In this document: positions 1 to 13,502 of the stretch, one piece after another | Layout: the number at the start of each line of letters is the position of its first letter | Numbering within the stretch: position 1 is the first letter of the stretch | NCBI RefSeq assembly: GCF_964204645.1 | Contig: NC_134029.1 | Coordinates: 2,294,001-2,358,000, forward strand | Direction: 5' to 3' | Source of the DNA: Tubulanus polymorphus | Taxonomy: Eukaryota; Animalia; Nemertea | DNA length: 64,000 nucleotides | The notes under the pieces: generated by a model | Told to the model about the DNA's origin: nothing | What the model saw: only the letters and a program-made list of their open reading frames with translations | Database searches by the model: none | Position numbers and translations under genes: made by a program

Positions 1-148
1 TTATGCAATCAATTTGTGTTTGTCTTGGACGTTGTAGCGGGAAAAGTGAGCGGGAATATTGGATTGCGATGAGTATTGTTCCTGCTGCGGCAATCAAAAC
101 AAAAACACCTACAACCGACGCGACACACACTGAGACACAAACTTCATT
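1..148 (-). CDS. Candidate minus-strand exon encoding a transmembrane-like segment, running off the window edge
   Basis: After ttctctaaatag| the frame reads NEVCVSVCVASVVGVFVLIAAAGTILIAIQYSRSLFPLQRPRQTQIDCI with no stop; about 27 hydrophobic residues followed by basic residues. Confidence 0.3.
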
Positions 149-1408
149 CTATTTAGAGAATTATTATTCGTGTAACTTGTTTCGTTCTATTTGGTTCGAT
201 CTTTTATTGAACGATCTTCCCGGACATCAAAACCGTAGGGGTACGTTTAGAAATTGAAGCTTCAATCTGATTTATCTATCGTCTAAAACTTAGACGAATT
301 TTGATTACGAGTTCAGTGAAGAATTTGTAACAGTTTCCTATGAGTTTGTGGTCGATGTTGTGCGTGAAGTTTATTCGCACAGGTGCCAAAATCCATTACT
401 GATTCAAAAGTTTCAGGACTAGGATTACATTAATAAATTCATGTTGTTTTTTTTTTATTACGAGAGAAAACTCGCAGCACGGATTTATCGTTTGTTTATT
501 TACACGCCCTAATCCTACTCGCGTTACTCTAATATCAACCCGTCTATGATCTATAGAAATATCGGTGTCCATATCGTCAGATTTCAGCAGTCGTTCGCTT
601 TATATGAACACATAAAATATTGACGCGTTTCAATGTACGCAACACCTTTCAACATGGAAATCTCAGCTTACATTCTCTTTGAAAAAAAATCTATAATCCC
701 CGATTGTACGGATAGTTAAATCCTCTTTTATCCAAAGAGGTGTGATGAACGATGGTATGTAAGATTAGTAGAATATAAGGCGCGCCGCCAGTATCATATT
801 GAACTATTATCGATCAAAATGTTAAATCCATTTTGTTCTTACCCGAAGTCATTGGTCAGATTTCAAAGTGCGAGTCGTTATCGGAAACGTTAGGTTGATG
901 TTTTGTTACAATTTCGCATGAAATGAAATAGTTGTTTAAATGGTCGATTCAAGGTCTATAGAATACTGATGAAATCTAGTGTGATTCGCGTGGGATTTGA
1001 AAAAGGAGTCAAATCTGGTCACACCTCGAAGCGTGAATGTGTTTCAATTATTTTGAAAATTACGATTTCTCATTTGCCTTCCAAACTTTCATTTCCAATG
1101 CCAATAGGTGCTAGCTATTTACAGTTCGGTTTTGCCGATCAGGGGCTGACTTTGAGTGTGATATTAAAGTATATTTTAATTACCTCCGGTAGAAAAAATG
1201 ATTATTACAGCAGAATTTCTAATGCGTTTTTATTTCTTAATCGGCTTAAATTCTTTTTCGAAAGTGGATTTCAATATCCATTTTCCAAAGCATTAATGAT
1301 AAGATAAATGAACGATGTCTTTACGAGTATATACACAAACTGCATGTATTTAATGACTTTGAAGCTAATAATTATTTATTGTTTTCTTGTTTTTGCTATT
1401 TTGTGCAG

Positions 1409-1433
1409 CCAACCAGGAACAAGCACAACGCAT
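1409..1433 (+). CDS. Candidate 25-nt micro-exon (xQPGTSTTH if it ends in phase 0)
   Basis: Long T-rich tract with gctaat branch-like motif, tgcag| acceptor and perfect |gtaagt donor; phase-compatible with the exon at 24661. Its assignment to that gene is inference. Confidence 0.45.
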
Positions 1434-2199
1434 GTAAGTGATTTACATTAGACTGTTGTGTATTAGCATTTCCCTCAACCCCGTAATGAAAAAGCATATC
1501 TATATATATATTTCAATATTCGCTTTAAGCATGGCACTTATGTCTTTGAATTTCTGTACTTGCTTCAGTCTAATATATGTCTAATTGTAAAGGTGCTGTC
1601 TGTCAAGTTCATCCCCTGTGGTTCAGATCCGGGGTGCAAAATCAAAATACTTCCTCCATTTCTTTCTATATTCTCATTCTTTTTCAATAATATCAATGCA
1701 TGCGTTTTAATCGTTCAGTAGTGTTTCACCTTCAGTTTGTTTATTCTCTGTTCTTCATCACTTCTTTTGAGACTATAATTGTCACCATTTAATAATTCAG
1801 AGTTTTAGAAAATAATTTACTTCCACGCATTTTGAGATTTAATGAAACTCGTGTAGTTAGATAGACTAGATCTGCTCTAGTATAGACGGTTATCATACAA
1901 GGACATGCGTGATAGACATTTTCCATTGCATTCGAGTTGTTTCAGAGAAGAAACGCGTGTTCTCTGCAGTGCTCTATTTACACCCAATTCGTCGTGAAAA
2001 GCACGGTTCCGGATCAAATTAATAAATTTCTCGAAAAATCCAATTTTCTCCAGCCAAATTTCATCAAAATCTCGCGCTCCATTAGGTTTGCCAATAATGC
2101 CGGTTCGCAAAACACATTCAGGCAGAAATAGAATAGGGATATTCGTATAAAACAGACTGTTATTCACTTGAACAGGCCATTCCCGATAATGCGAGTGGT

Positions 2200-2330
2200 G
2201 AGAATGAGATATGAGAGAGAGTGAGAGTGAGAGACTGAGAGAAAGAAAGAGGGAGAGAAGACGAGAGGAATATAGAGAGGGAGAGAGGGAGAGAGAGAGG
2301 GGGGATGAGAGGGAGGGAAAGGAAGAGGAT
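2200..2330. repeat. Imperfect GA/purine-rich low-complexity tract
   Basis: Almost pure A/G run (gagaga, gagggaga). Confidence 0.9.
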
Positions 2331-4147
2331 AGCCTTGTCAGAATGGGTGTCTCTACCTTTGAAAGAAACAAAACGCGCATTAAAGAGACTCCTAGAATCA
2401 AATTCAAATGCTTTAAGCAATAATCAATATTCCGAAATATCAAAATCATTGACGTGATTAGTTCCAAATCCTGAGGCTGATGTCTACCGCATTTACTGTG
2501 TCTTCTAGCTTCCACTAGCTTCCATTATCTTTCTCCTAGTTTAAGATAAATGTATTTATTCTAGAACCTACTTTAATTGATTTAGATTGAATTGAAATTC
2601 GACCTTGGCCTATCTAGAAGAGAATGTCATTGTCGTAATTATTACTGGCGGAATTTCAGTTCGATTTCAGTACGTTTCAAAACGCGTCGTAAAACGTCAT
2701 TTTATCCGCTGTCGAAACTAATCCGAATCCGAATCGAAATCTGAGAAAAAAAACGAGGCACCGATTTTGAAGTTTTTATCGTTGAAGAAGAACGTGTCGC
2801 TTGATGAATAGTTAAAATTCTTCATCATCGCCGCCAAGAAAACGAGAAACGCGTGACGATGAAGGAATTATATTTTACAGCTCGTAAATCAGCGCTTGTG
2901 AATCCGACGACGAGGTTTCGACGACGGTGAGTTTTCTCTAAGATTTACGACGTATTATCGGCTGCTGCTGCGTCGTCGTCGACGGTCGTTAAAATTTGTA
3001 AATTATGAATGACCGATTTTGCGGCGAGTTGATTCACAGCTATGAGAGTTGAGTTAACCCTCGATATAACGATTAATCAATGTCATCCCCGCTTGAAATT
3101 AAAGGCACAATTTAAGCCTTAATTGCGCCGCTGGTGCCTCGGCTCGCTGCTAATTTAACGAACGCGCAGTTGCCATAAAAGTCATCTCGGATCCCGATAC
3201 GATTCCTGTGGACCACCGTAAATCCCGATACTTAAACACAGAAAAACGAATCGACGATCTTAAACATCGATATAGCGGGATACAGGCCATAATGTCTGGC
3301 TTACGTAATGTCGTTACATTGCGAAAATTCCAATCAACTCTCAGTGATGTTCACCCTATTGGGTTTAGACTTATTTGCGTCTGGTTTTTTTTCTAACGAT
3401 AAGTATATTCCTATAAATAGTTTCAATAAACTTACCGCGTTCAGAGGTTAATAAGTATTCATACATAATTCAATTGTCACTTTGTCAGTGGTTGCCCACT
3501 GGTCGACTTCAACCAATATTCAAGACCGGTTACCTGGGTAGGGTAGCCTCAACCTAACGACCCCCGGATACTTTTGTATATAAGCGCAGATGTGCTGATG
3601 TGTTTAAATTCGATTTGACAATGAAAGTAATTAAAATCGACCTCGGCAGATCGTCGTAGATTGTAACGTCCTAATTGAGAATTTCCTGTTAATCAATTTG
3701 AATTTGTGTTATCCGTATCTCACACTTCCTGTTCGTGCGCCGCTCGTGCTCACGTCTTTTCAGCGTTAAAATTTAATCATCGCGAATTCGGTTTAAGCTG
3801 TCACTAAGTGACAAAAACGAATTATATACCGTTGAATCCGGACCCGTTCGAATTCTACTATTCTTCAATCGTCTCAGCTGCTCTGACTCAACAACGATCG
3901 TTAAATCCCGTGAGCCGAATTAGCGGGTTTTTAGAGTTTTTATGTTTTACACGTCGGTGCACCGTCACCGTGACGCCTAATCTGATAATTATACTCGCAG
4001 CGGGATCGTGAATTTTAAATTTCTCTCCCAATTACGATGCACTGTATTATTCTTCATATTCAGTGTTCACTGAGCTGAATTACAGATTGTAGAATGATGA
4101 AGTGATACTTTATACGTGTAAACGCCACCCCGGGAATACCAGCAGCA

Positions 4148-4236
4148 CTCTCTCCCCATCTCTCCTCTCTCTCCCCATCTCTCCTCTCTCTCCCCACCTC
4201 TCCTCTCTCCCCACCTCTCCTTCTCTCTCTCTCTCT
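4148..4236. repeat. CT/pyrimidine-rich tract with ~17-21 bp ctctccccatctctcct units
   Basis: Directly visible. Confidence 0.9.
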
Positions 4237-4258
4237 GCAGCCATCTCTGCTGTTGATA

Positions 4259-4345
4259 AGCCGCGATCACACGAGCATTCGATCCGTGCCAGCCTGATCC
4301 GTGCCAATTTGGCCGGGGCCGAATCAGCTCCGTGTGATCGCGGCT
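4259..4345. mobile_element. Short MITE-like element with 15-bp perfect terminal inverted repeats (agccgcgatcacacg)
   Basis: agccgcgatcacacg-agc ... gctc-cgtgtgatcgcggct; TA-rich flanks; internal gatccgtgcca duplication. Confidence 0.65.
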
Positions 4346-5729
4346 ATAGTCTCTATAGTCGAAAATAATCCGCAGACTTGTTCATCTCGACCGCCCGAAA
4401 TTAAAGTAAATTACAACAATCCCGAAGAGGCTGATGGGTAATCGCGAGTGCACCGTAAAATTCATCAATTATTGGAATTATTTCTGAATTGTATTTATGC
4501 ACCTGACGTACTGTCCCCTCGCTGAGGTTCGGTCTATAAACCCGCAAGTGTTACGCTCACATCGCTGTGGTCGGCCGTTTATATACGAGGACTAGTAAAT
4601 AATTACTCATACAACGTTGACACAGCAGGAGAACAAGATACGATTCTTAAGCGATGATCTTGATTTTGCTGATTTCTGAAGGTGTTGCTTCCTTTGACCC
4701 TCTCGCTCTCTCTCTATGTATATGATATTTCATTATATCCCGGAACGGACGACAAAATGATGATCAAAATAATCACATTTTGCCCGTCGTGTTTATCGAG
4801 GATTATTGTTTCAGATTGAATATCGACAACAATAACAATCTCCTTTCAACGCCTTCTTCAAACAATATCTACATTCTATCCTTGATTGAAAACGCAGAAA
4901 CCAGATCGTTTTCCTGATGATAACGATTTCTCTCGCGGCTGAAATTTATTAACATTTGTAGAAAGCTTTTAAGAATATTTACTAGAAACCAATTTGTATT
5001 TAATGCGTGACATTTTTATCCGAATAGGACACTAGGTAGAAAAACACATTTGAATATAATACGAAGACTTGTTTTTTTCGAAGGCAACCGAGTTGACTTT
5101 TTAAAAGCGTGATATACAGGTATAAAGTAGTCAGGTGTGGTATGATATGTGCGCGGCGGAAACACGAGTTTCACGCAGAGAGGGTATACTTGTATATATA
5201 ACGTTACCGTTTAAAAGCATCTTATTTCGGCCGGGAATCAGCACCGTCAACTGAGTCCCATTTCAATAAAACAGCCGCTACTTGTGCACATTAGCGACTG
5301 GTGAAACTGACTCATTTGTCACAGAGATGAGGACTTATTTCAATTAATACGTAGCGCGAAAAACTAACAGGCTCTTTCTCTCCTCTCTCCCTGCTCTCCC
5401 TCTCTCAACTCACTCTTTCGTATCGACAGTTCTGACAAAACGCATACCTTACGTCCTCAAAGTTATGGTTATCGGAGGAAACCTTTTTATGTATTATTTA
5501 GAAGGAAAATCTCATTTAGAAACTTCTAAAGTGTTCTTCACGGTGAACCATTTGGCTTTGAATTAATGATTAGGTTTAGCAATTTCTGAACACAGTAAAC
5601 CCACTCGATAGACGCTTAGTTTTTTCCTGGAATTCAGAACGTTGCCTTGTGCGATAGGTTTATATGAAAGTAGATTTATAAGTTTTATCCACGGCATCCT
5701 TGAGAAAATGGAACAATCCCGTATACATG

Positions 5730-5905
<176 letters not shown>

Positions 5906-8900
5906 TAAGTTGTTAGATTGGAATAAATAGAACTAAGTTGGTCGTTGACTGGAGTGAACTGCGCAACCGCAGTTTAGTTTAGTTCCGAAACTAGATGATT
6001 ACGTAATATGTTGAATTACAGGTTGACACCCTCCTAGAGACGATCGATAATCGATAGGTAAAACGTAGTTCGGTTTAGTAAAAAAAAGAAAAATAATTAG
6101 AATGTGCCTGCACACATTGTCATTAGGGCAAGCGGGCGAAGTCGTATTAAATTTCCTCTGGCAGTAATGTCAACCTGGCGCGGTTAAACATGACCCTGTG
6201 ATTGTATATCCGGTACTTAACCAACGATGTGCCATGCAAGAATACTCCACAGGAAATGGATATGTGACATGGTTATTGATGGTGCCAATCAGAGAGTTGC
6301 GTCGAGCCCGCTGCTGCTGCACAGCGGTCGTTTTATCAAAAACTTTTTGATTTTCGCGTTCGAACACGTCATGACAGCCTGACATATCCTGTATACGTGA
6401 ACATATCGGATATGAGTTGGAATATTCCCCGCTAGCGATTTATATGTATTTTGTACATATGTCAGTTATGTTTATACGTCACAGACCTCTGGGCGGGTAC
6501 CTTTAACTCGATGGATTCGATTATAACAGAAACAATTCCAATCGTTCTATATTTTGTATGAAGTAGACTAAATGATATCTTGCCCAGAGCTCAGCGCTTA
6601 CAGCAGATTTCGCAACTTTTTTACGGGCGATTTCTAAGAATATACATCAAACAATTTTGTTGTATCTCTTTCATAGTTTGATATAGTTATACACATGTAT
6701 ATTCATGGCCTTGGATAAGGTACAAAAACAAGTTGGCATTTCAACATTCGGAAGCTTAATAACAACTTTCCTTCTCGTTCCGGAGACATTTTTCTTGACA
6801 TAAGATAAGATAGGATTCCGTGGTTAATTGAAAGAAACTGCGCTTGAACATGAAAACTTAGATTCATTATGAGGCAGCCATTTCTTCATATCAAAGAACC
6901 AAAAAGGGAGCGTTTCACAGGATGTTATTAAAGTGTCATCCTGAAGTGTAAGCAATTCTGTTAAACGGTCCCTTGATCCATGCATGATCTAATGCAATTC
7001 AAATGGTTCTCGGTATTTCATTGCAAAATAGTGTGACATTTTTTTCTTTCTTTTTATTTTGATGTTATTTTCAACATTGAGGTTTTGAAAACATATATAT
7101 ATTTATAGCATTTCTGTAATCATTAATCTACTGATCGCCTTACAGCACGTTAAGCCGACCCGAGGGCGCAGTAAAAGACACTGTCGAGAGATTCGTGCTT
7201 TCTTGCGTATTTTTCATATTTCCATCAAAGAGATTCTTCAAATTGATACATAAATCTATAGAGAACTCTAATCAAATGTTTGACATTCAATTGATTCTTT
7301 TTTTTGAATAATGGATATATGTAACGTGTTACTGTATTTAGTGCCGCGTCAATCGACTTTTGATTTTCGTTGTACAGTTTCGCTCAGTGCGCGCTGTTCA
7401 TCATATCGAGTGTAAAATAACTGCGCGATATAGATTTTCAAGGTTAAAGGATATAGAATATCGTTATAAGGATGAATATAACAAAGCTTACAGCTAGAAG
7501 AAATTATTGATTACGCGTAGATGTATCTTATAAATCGGGGTGGATCTGGTGTAATATTTTACTGTTCAAAGAGTCGTATTTACACTTTAACTTTCTGCAT
7601 TAGATTGTGCATTATTTGCTCGAATGTTCCTTACGTAGATAACGATGTAACACCTCGTATAGAAATAAGAAAAAGTTTAATACTTATTTATGATATATAT
7701 CTACGAAGAATTTTTCAAACTAGCTATATAGTATGCGTCCCTAATAATATATATAGATGTAGTGAATATGATAGGCAAATATTCGAAACAGGTAAAATAA
7801 CACTTCAGAAAATAAAAACCGTAAAAAATTTTACCAAATTTCTATCGTTTTGACGAAATGAACGAAAATCGTTTTAAGCAATCTATCTAGCTCTAGCCAT
7901 GGTCACGAGTATTTCAGTGCGGGCAATAATTGAGGGGTTAACGCAAGCTTCTGCAGTAAGACAGATCATCCTTGGATCGCGCGCACATGATGTTTTTGTA
8001 TTGCTTTAAATGCGGCATCTGATAACTTGAGATGCGAGGCTTATAATCAAACCGTCGCTTCATTCGACATTAATTTTAGTTGCGGCATTCAGAACTCCCC
8101 GCGGAGAGGTTATCTAAGCTATAACTCGTATTCTTATAGGATTTCATAGGCCATTAGTGAGGAAATGGTTTTCAGGAAATGACTGAAGTGAAAATTCATA
8201 AATCACGATACAACGTGGAATTAACTTATCTACGGAGCTAACCGCAGACATGTTTTGGAAGCGTAATAAAAGTGAAAATGCCATAAAAGTGAAATCTTGG
8301 TTGAGTCGGGTTGTTATAGAGGCTGATCGCGAAACAAATCTGCGGGCGCGAAGAGAATATTCTTCAATTGATTTGATTCCATTCACTGCGTGGAACTGGA
8401 ATCAGCTATATCGTACTATTGAATATAGCACAATAATCCACTATATTCAAATCTAGAAAATGAAAAGCTACTCGTATTAAATCAAAGATTGAAATGGTTC
8501 AGACTCTCGATCGTCAGGTAACTTCAAAGAGTCCGAAACGTCGTGTATTTCTTTAATTCTTTGATTTTGAATCTTTTGATGAATTAACTTCGTTTTTAGT
8601 GAATATTTATCTATTTTCTAAAGCTTTTTCATGATAGTTTTTTGGTATTTTTATTTTTACAGGTATAAATATTATTGCATTGCAGCAGTTTGGTGATTTA
8701 TGATTTATTTATATCTTAAACGCACGAATTCGAAAATGATTTCCAATGCGGCATTTTATCCGATTGTTGATTCAATAAAATCCTAAAATTCACTCTTATT
8801 GGAGATTCCCGATGTTTGGTTCCATGCTAGCTTCCAAGAATATCTCAACTTACATTTGTATGTGTAATGTAGAGGGTCCCGTTAAACAGCGTGATAATTA

Positions 8901-10928
8901 TATATTTCATTAAGTTCCAACGGTATTGTGTTATTATGATGAGTGACACTAAGATTGTTCTTTAAAGCACCCCCAGTGCCATTATTTTAGGTTCGAATAT
9001 TCAATGTTCGAATATGAACTAATTTCATCTCTGAATTGAACTTAATTCACGAAAATCGAGACTGCGAGTCATACGTTTGTATAACTCCTTTGAACGTCAC
9101 ACGAGCTACACATTCCTTATCTTAGTTCGTCTAGTTTTCTAATTGACTTCGGTTTTTGTCGCGAACAACTTCAACATCGTTAGGAACGAAGAGTTTGTGA
9201 CATCGTTCACCGAGCTGGAAGACTCCAGACTCGAGATACGAATTTACGAAATGAAAATATGATTGATCAAATCGTAGATCGAAGTCGAACAAATTTGAGT
9301 CAAATTTCTCAAATTGCTCGTCCGTGTTTATCTGAGAAACAATCAATCAAAATTGACACGATTTGACATTTTTGACAAATCTAATTCAAATTCTCAATGA
9401 AATGAGTCTCTACTCACAGTGGTGATGCAATCACAACTGTCCCGTTCTTTATATCACAACGCTCTAAATCAACGCCGACCTCATTACAGCATTTCAATTT
9501 TTTTCTAGCCTTTTAAACGGTAATTTTTTTAAAAAGGATTTTTAAATCTTTTTAACGATTCTTTCCTCATTAAATATATCACTTTTATCTCTTAAGTATA
9601 TTCTTCCACGAACAAGGAAATTTTTCTCATTGTAAAACGTTCAGCCTTAAAAATGTAGAAAACATTTAGCAATTTAATCCAATCTTCTAATGAAGAAGAA
9701 ACAGAATCTTCGTAAAAAGCGATCAAAGCTTTCAATTCTTCAGACGTTATCTAACGAGCTTATTTAGATTGTAAAGAATGAAAAAAATTTGAATGAATTC
9801 AGCAATTTAATGAGGGGATGATTTTCAAAAATTCTAACATCTCGTTCAAAGCGAATTGAAGAGTAATTATGTTGAATTAATTTCTATGTAATCTTCTTTA
9901 TTAAAATGTAAATTACGAATTGGATAGAATGCCGCTGGTAAATCTGAAAGGTGTTTATTTCTTCACCGCGTATCGGTTACTGAATGAATATCTGTATGTG
10001 AGCTTATACCCAGTGACAGTAACTCTAAATCACAAAATACAATCCAATTCAAAAGATAAGTATACACGTGAACGCCTCAAGTCACGAACAATCCCTTTTT
10101 GGATCTTGCTTTGATGTGGATGTCGTTCGTTGTCATAGCCTGCGATTTATTAATTGTTACTCATATAATTTTTGATAGTATTCGCGGATTGAAGTTACCA
10201 CCACTGCGATAAGCTCACACAAGCTTAAAAAGAAAACATGACCATGTTTTAAACTCGATTCACTTTATTCACGATTGTTTGTCGTAGTGGTTTTGTTTGC
10301 CGTGTTGTTTGTTCTGAAGAGATGAGATAATGGTGGTGGTGATGACGTCTCATTCAGTAACATTTACTCCACATTTGTTTCACCCGTCGTTTTATTTGAA
10401 AATATCACGCGTTTCTTTTCAGGATTTTAATTTTGCCTCGTGCAGAGATCAGAAGTTGTTTGAATCAACAGAGCACGAGTAAAACCATACATATACTTTA
10501 AAGTATGGTTGACTTAAACTATTTATTGAGTATTTGGCCCCTGATGCGACCGCTTAGGGATAGCAAGCCTCAACATTCAACCAATGCTTCTACTGATGGT
10601 CGCTATATTATCTGTTACTATATTTGAGACATCGCATTTTAAGCGCACTATTACTTAGATCAGTGGTAAGCGAACACGCGATTCCGCTTGTCAGTTTTGA
10701 AACTTCCATAAAATTGGAAATATGTGTGCAAAAACTTCAATTGGTTATCCTGAAATCCGTCTAATATTTGGGTGTTTACGCCTCGAGTTACTATCGATAA
10801 TTATAAGGGAAATCTTTGAAGAAACTGTTTATATTTTCAATATTTTGATTCGATTAGAATCGTTCAACAGCAGCCGCTGCTAGTCATCAGTTTGCAGGTG
10901 ATATTTTGTTTTTCACTGAAATGTGAAA

Positions 10929-11003
10929 CAGCAGTACCAGCAGTACCAGTATACCAGCAGCACTAGCAGCACCACCAGCACCAGCAGCAGCTGCAGCCTG
11001 CTG
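10929..11003. repeat. Degenerate CAG/CAC trinucleotide repeat
   Basis: cagcagtaccagcag...caccagcagcagctgcagc. Confidence 0.8.
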
Positions 11004-11907
11004 TTGAGAGAATTATCGTCGATTTATTTTCGGCTCTTGAAACGACAGGATTTTTATCTCGGTTCACGCTTCGATTAGTCTTCTGTTTTAATTGCAGGTT
11101 GAAGCTTGAATCCGATAAAACAACAGTATTTAATTATCGGAAATCCATTTCTCGGTAGATCATACAGTGCTATATCCGTCCTAGTTTTCTCGTACATTGT
11201 CTTAGCTGGAAGTAATCTATTATCCATGTGAAAATCTGATATCCAAAAACGGTGGCGTCGGGTGGATTAATTTCTACACTCTCATCACCGTTAGAGCAGT
11301 GGGTGAGATTGGAATATTGTTTGCTACATCTTGTCCGCAATAAATAGCTTAAGTTATTAGATTAAAGCTTCATCGAATACAAAGTTTAGTTATGTTTTTG
11401 TAGACTGACCGCTTTTTTTAAAAACGAAATTGCGAATTGTGAAAAAAGAGAAAATATCTGAAACCGTCATAAATTACACTCAAATTTCAATGTCTCACTG
11501 TTAACGCCTATTCTCTTTATAAGACCGAATGTACTTAGCGAGTTTTAATGCGGTGTCCTTTTATGGATTTGAAGTAGTGATATATTACCGGCGACCCCCC
11601 GCAGTCGAGCAGAAGGTTTTACAGTCGGTATCAGTAAACTAGTGATTATCGTTGATTATCATCGCCCAGGATTTCAGTAGATTTATGGTTGGATATGGTT
11701 TTATTAGACTGTGATACGGAGTTACGAATTGACGAGCTCGCGTTTTACTTTGATCTGTATTTCACCTGCTGACGAGGTTCAAAGTGCTCGTAAAATATAC
11801 GAGTGACAAATTATTTCGCACAGTTTTGTTTTCTCGTGTGGCGATCATTCGACTGATACGGTTTTTATGATTAGGTCTATAAAATGCAGCTGCAAAGAAA
11901 CGATAAC

Positions 11908-12818
11908 TATACCTCGCAGGGGCCAGTGTATATACCTCGCAGGGGCCAGTGTATACCTCGCAGGGGCCAGTGTATACCTCGCAGGGGCCAGTGTATACCT
12001 CGCAGGAGCCAGTGTATACCTCGCAGGAGCCAGTGTATACCTCGCAGGGCCCAGTGTATATACCTCGCAGGGGCCAGTGTATACCTCGCAGGGGCCAGTG
12101 TATATACCTCGCAGGGGCCAGTGTATACCTCGCAGGGGCCAGTGTATACCTCGCAGGGCCCAGTGTATACCTCGCAGGGCCCAGTGTATACCGCGCAGGG
12201 CCCAGTGTATACCTCGCACGGCCCAGTGTATACCTCGCACGGCCCAGTGTATACCTCGCAGGGCCCAGTGTATACCTCGCAGGGCCCAGTGTATACCTCA
12301 CAGGGGCCAGTGTATACCTCGCAGGGCCCAGTGTATACCTCGCAGGGCCCAGTGTATACCTCGCAGGGCCCAGTGTATACCTCGCAGGGCCCAGTGTATA
12401 CCTTGCAGGGGACAGTGTATACCTCGCACGGCCCAGTGTATACCTCGCAGGGCCCAGTGTATACCTCGCACGGCCCAGTGTATACCTCGCAGGGCCCAGT
12501 GTATACCTCGCACGGCCCAGTGTATACCTCGCACGGCCCAGTGTATACCTCGCAAGCCCAGTGTATACCTCGCAGGGACCAGTGTATACCTCGCAGGGGC
12601 CAGTGTATATACCTCGCAGGGGCCAGTGTATACCTCGCACGGCCCAGTGTATACCTCGCAAGCCCAGTGTATACCTCGCAGGGACCAGTGTATACCTCGC
12701 AGGGGCCAGTGTATATACCTCGCAGGGGCCAGTGTATACCTCGCAGGGCCCAGTGTATACCTCGCAAGCCCAGTGTATACCTCGCAGGGACCAGTGTATA
12801 CCTCGCAGGGGCCAGTGT
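11908..12818. repeat. Minisatellite, 21-bp unit ccagtgtatacctcgcagggg (~43 copies, 20-23 bp variants)
   Basis: Head-to-tail units without spacers; accounts for the long overlapping ORFs on both strands. Confidence 0.99.
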
Positions 12819-13446
12819 TGCTCAAACTTGTGTAAATACAATCGCAGTCTTGCGTCTACGAGTGATAACAGCTGATCTAAAAACGTGTATCAGCGCTCGT
12901 CCAGTCAGTCGTACGTACCAAACGAGAACGGACTAACTAACGATAGTGTGAACGCACGGCTTAAGACCGTGATTAGTTCGTAAAAAAGGTCAAATAACTT
13001 CCTGCACGACGAGCCACGCTGCCTTCACGCGCGATCTCAACTATATAGCAATTCAATTTATTGATGAAGTTAATATAGGTAGGAACAGTATGGCGCAAAA
13101 ACGTTTCCCGGGTCGTTTCTTTGTAGCCGAGGTCTACCGGCGGAAATCAAATCGTCAGTTCAGTAATGAAAAATACCTCGCTGTTGATGTGTACGCGTAT
13201 ATATGTCTTGCAGTGTTCGAATTCGATATAAGATAAGTCTTGGCAAAGGGTGATTTTTAGCCGGCCTCATTTCCTTAAAATACAGCTCAGGCTAACTTAA
13301 TCAATTTCTTGGATTATTTCGCGCACAATACCACTTTGAATTCGGCCGAAATATGACCCGGAAAACGCACTGCGACATATTCCTCTGATATTTTTAATTA
13401 GGGTACCATCACAACAAAGTTCAAAGAACGCCGTTAATACTGTGTT

Positions 13447-13502
13447 TATGTGTGCGTGTGTGTTTGCGTGCGTGCGTGCGTGCGTGTGCGTGGTTGGGTG
13501 TG
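13447..13502. repeat. (GT)/(GCGT)n alternating purine-pyrimidine microsatellite
   Basis: gtgtgcgtgtgtgtttgcgtgcgtgcgtgcg. Confidence 0.85.

Noticed and set aside
1877-2515. 212-aa minus-strand ORF with SLSLS run (also the ORFs at 4067-4368 and 5642-5908)
   Set aside because: Driven by GA/CT and AT microsatellites.
11762-12936. Overlapping 131-359 aa ORFs on both strands
   Set aside because: All are translations of the 21-bp minisatellite, with no domain content.
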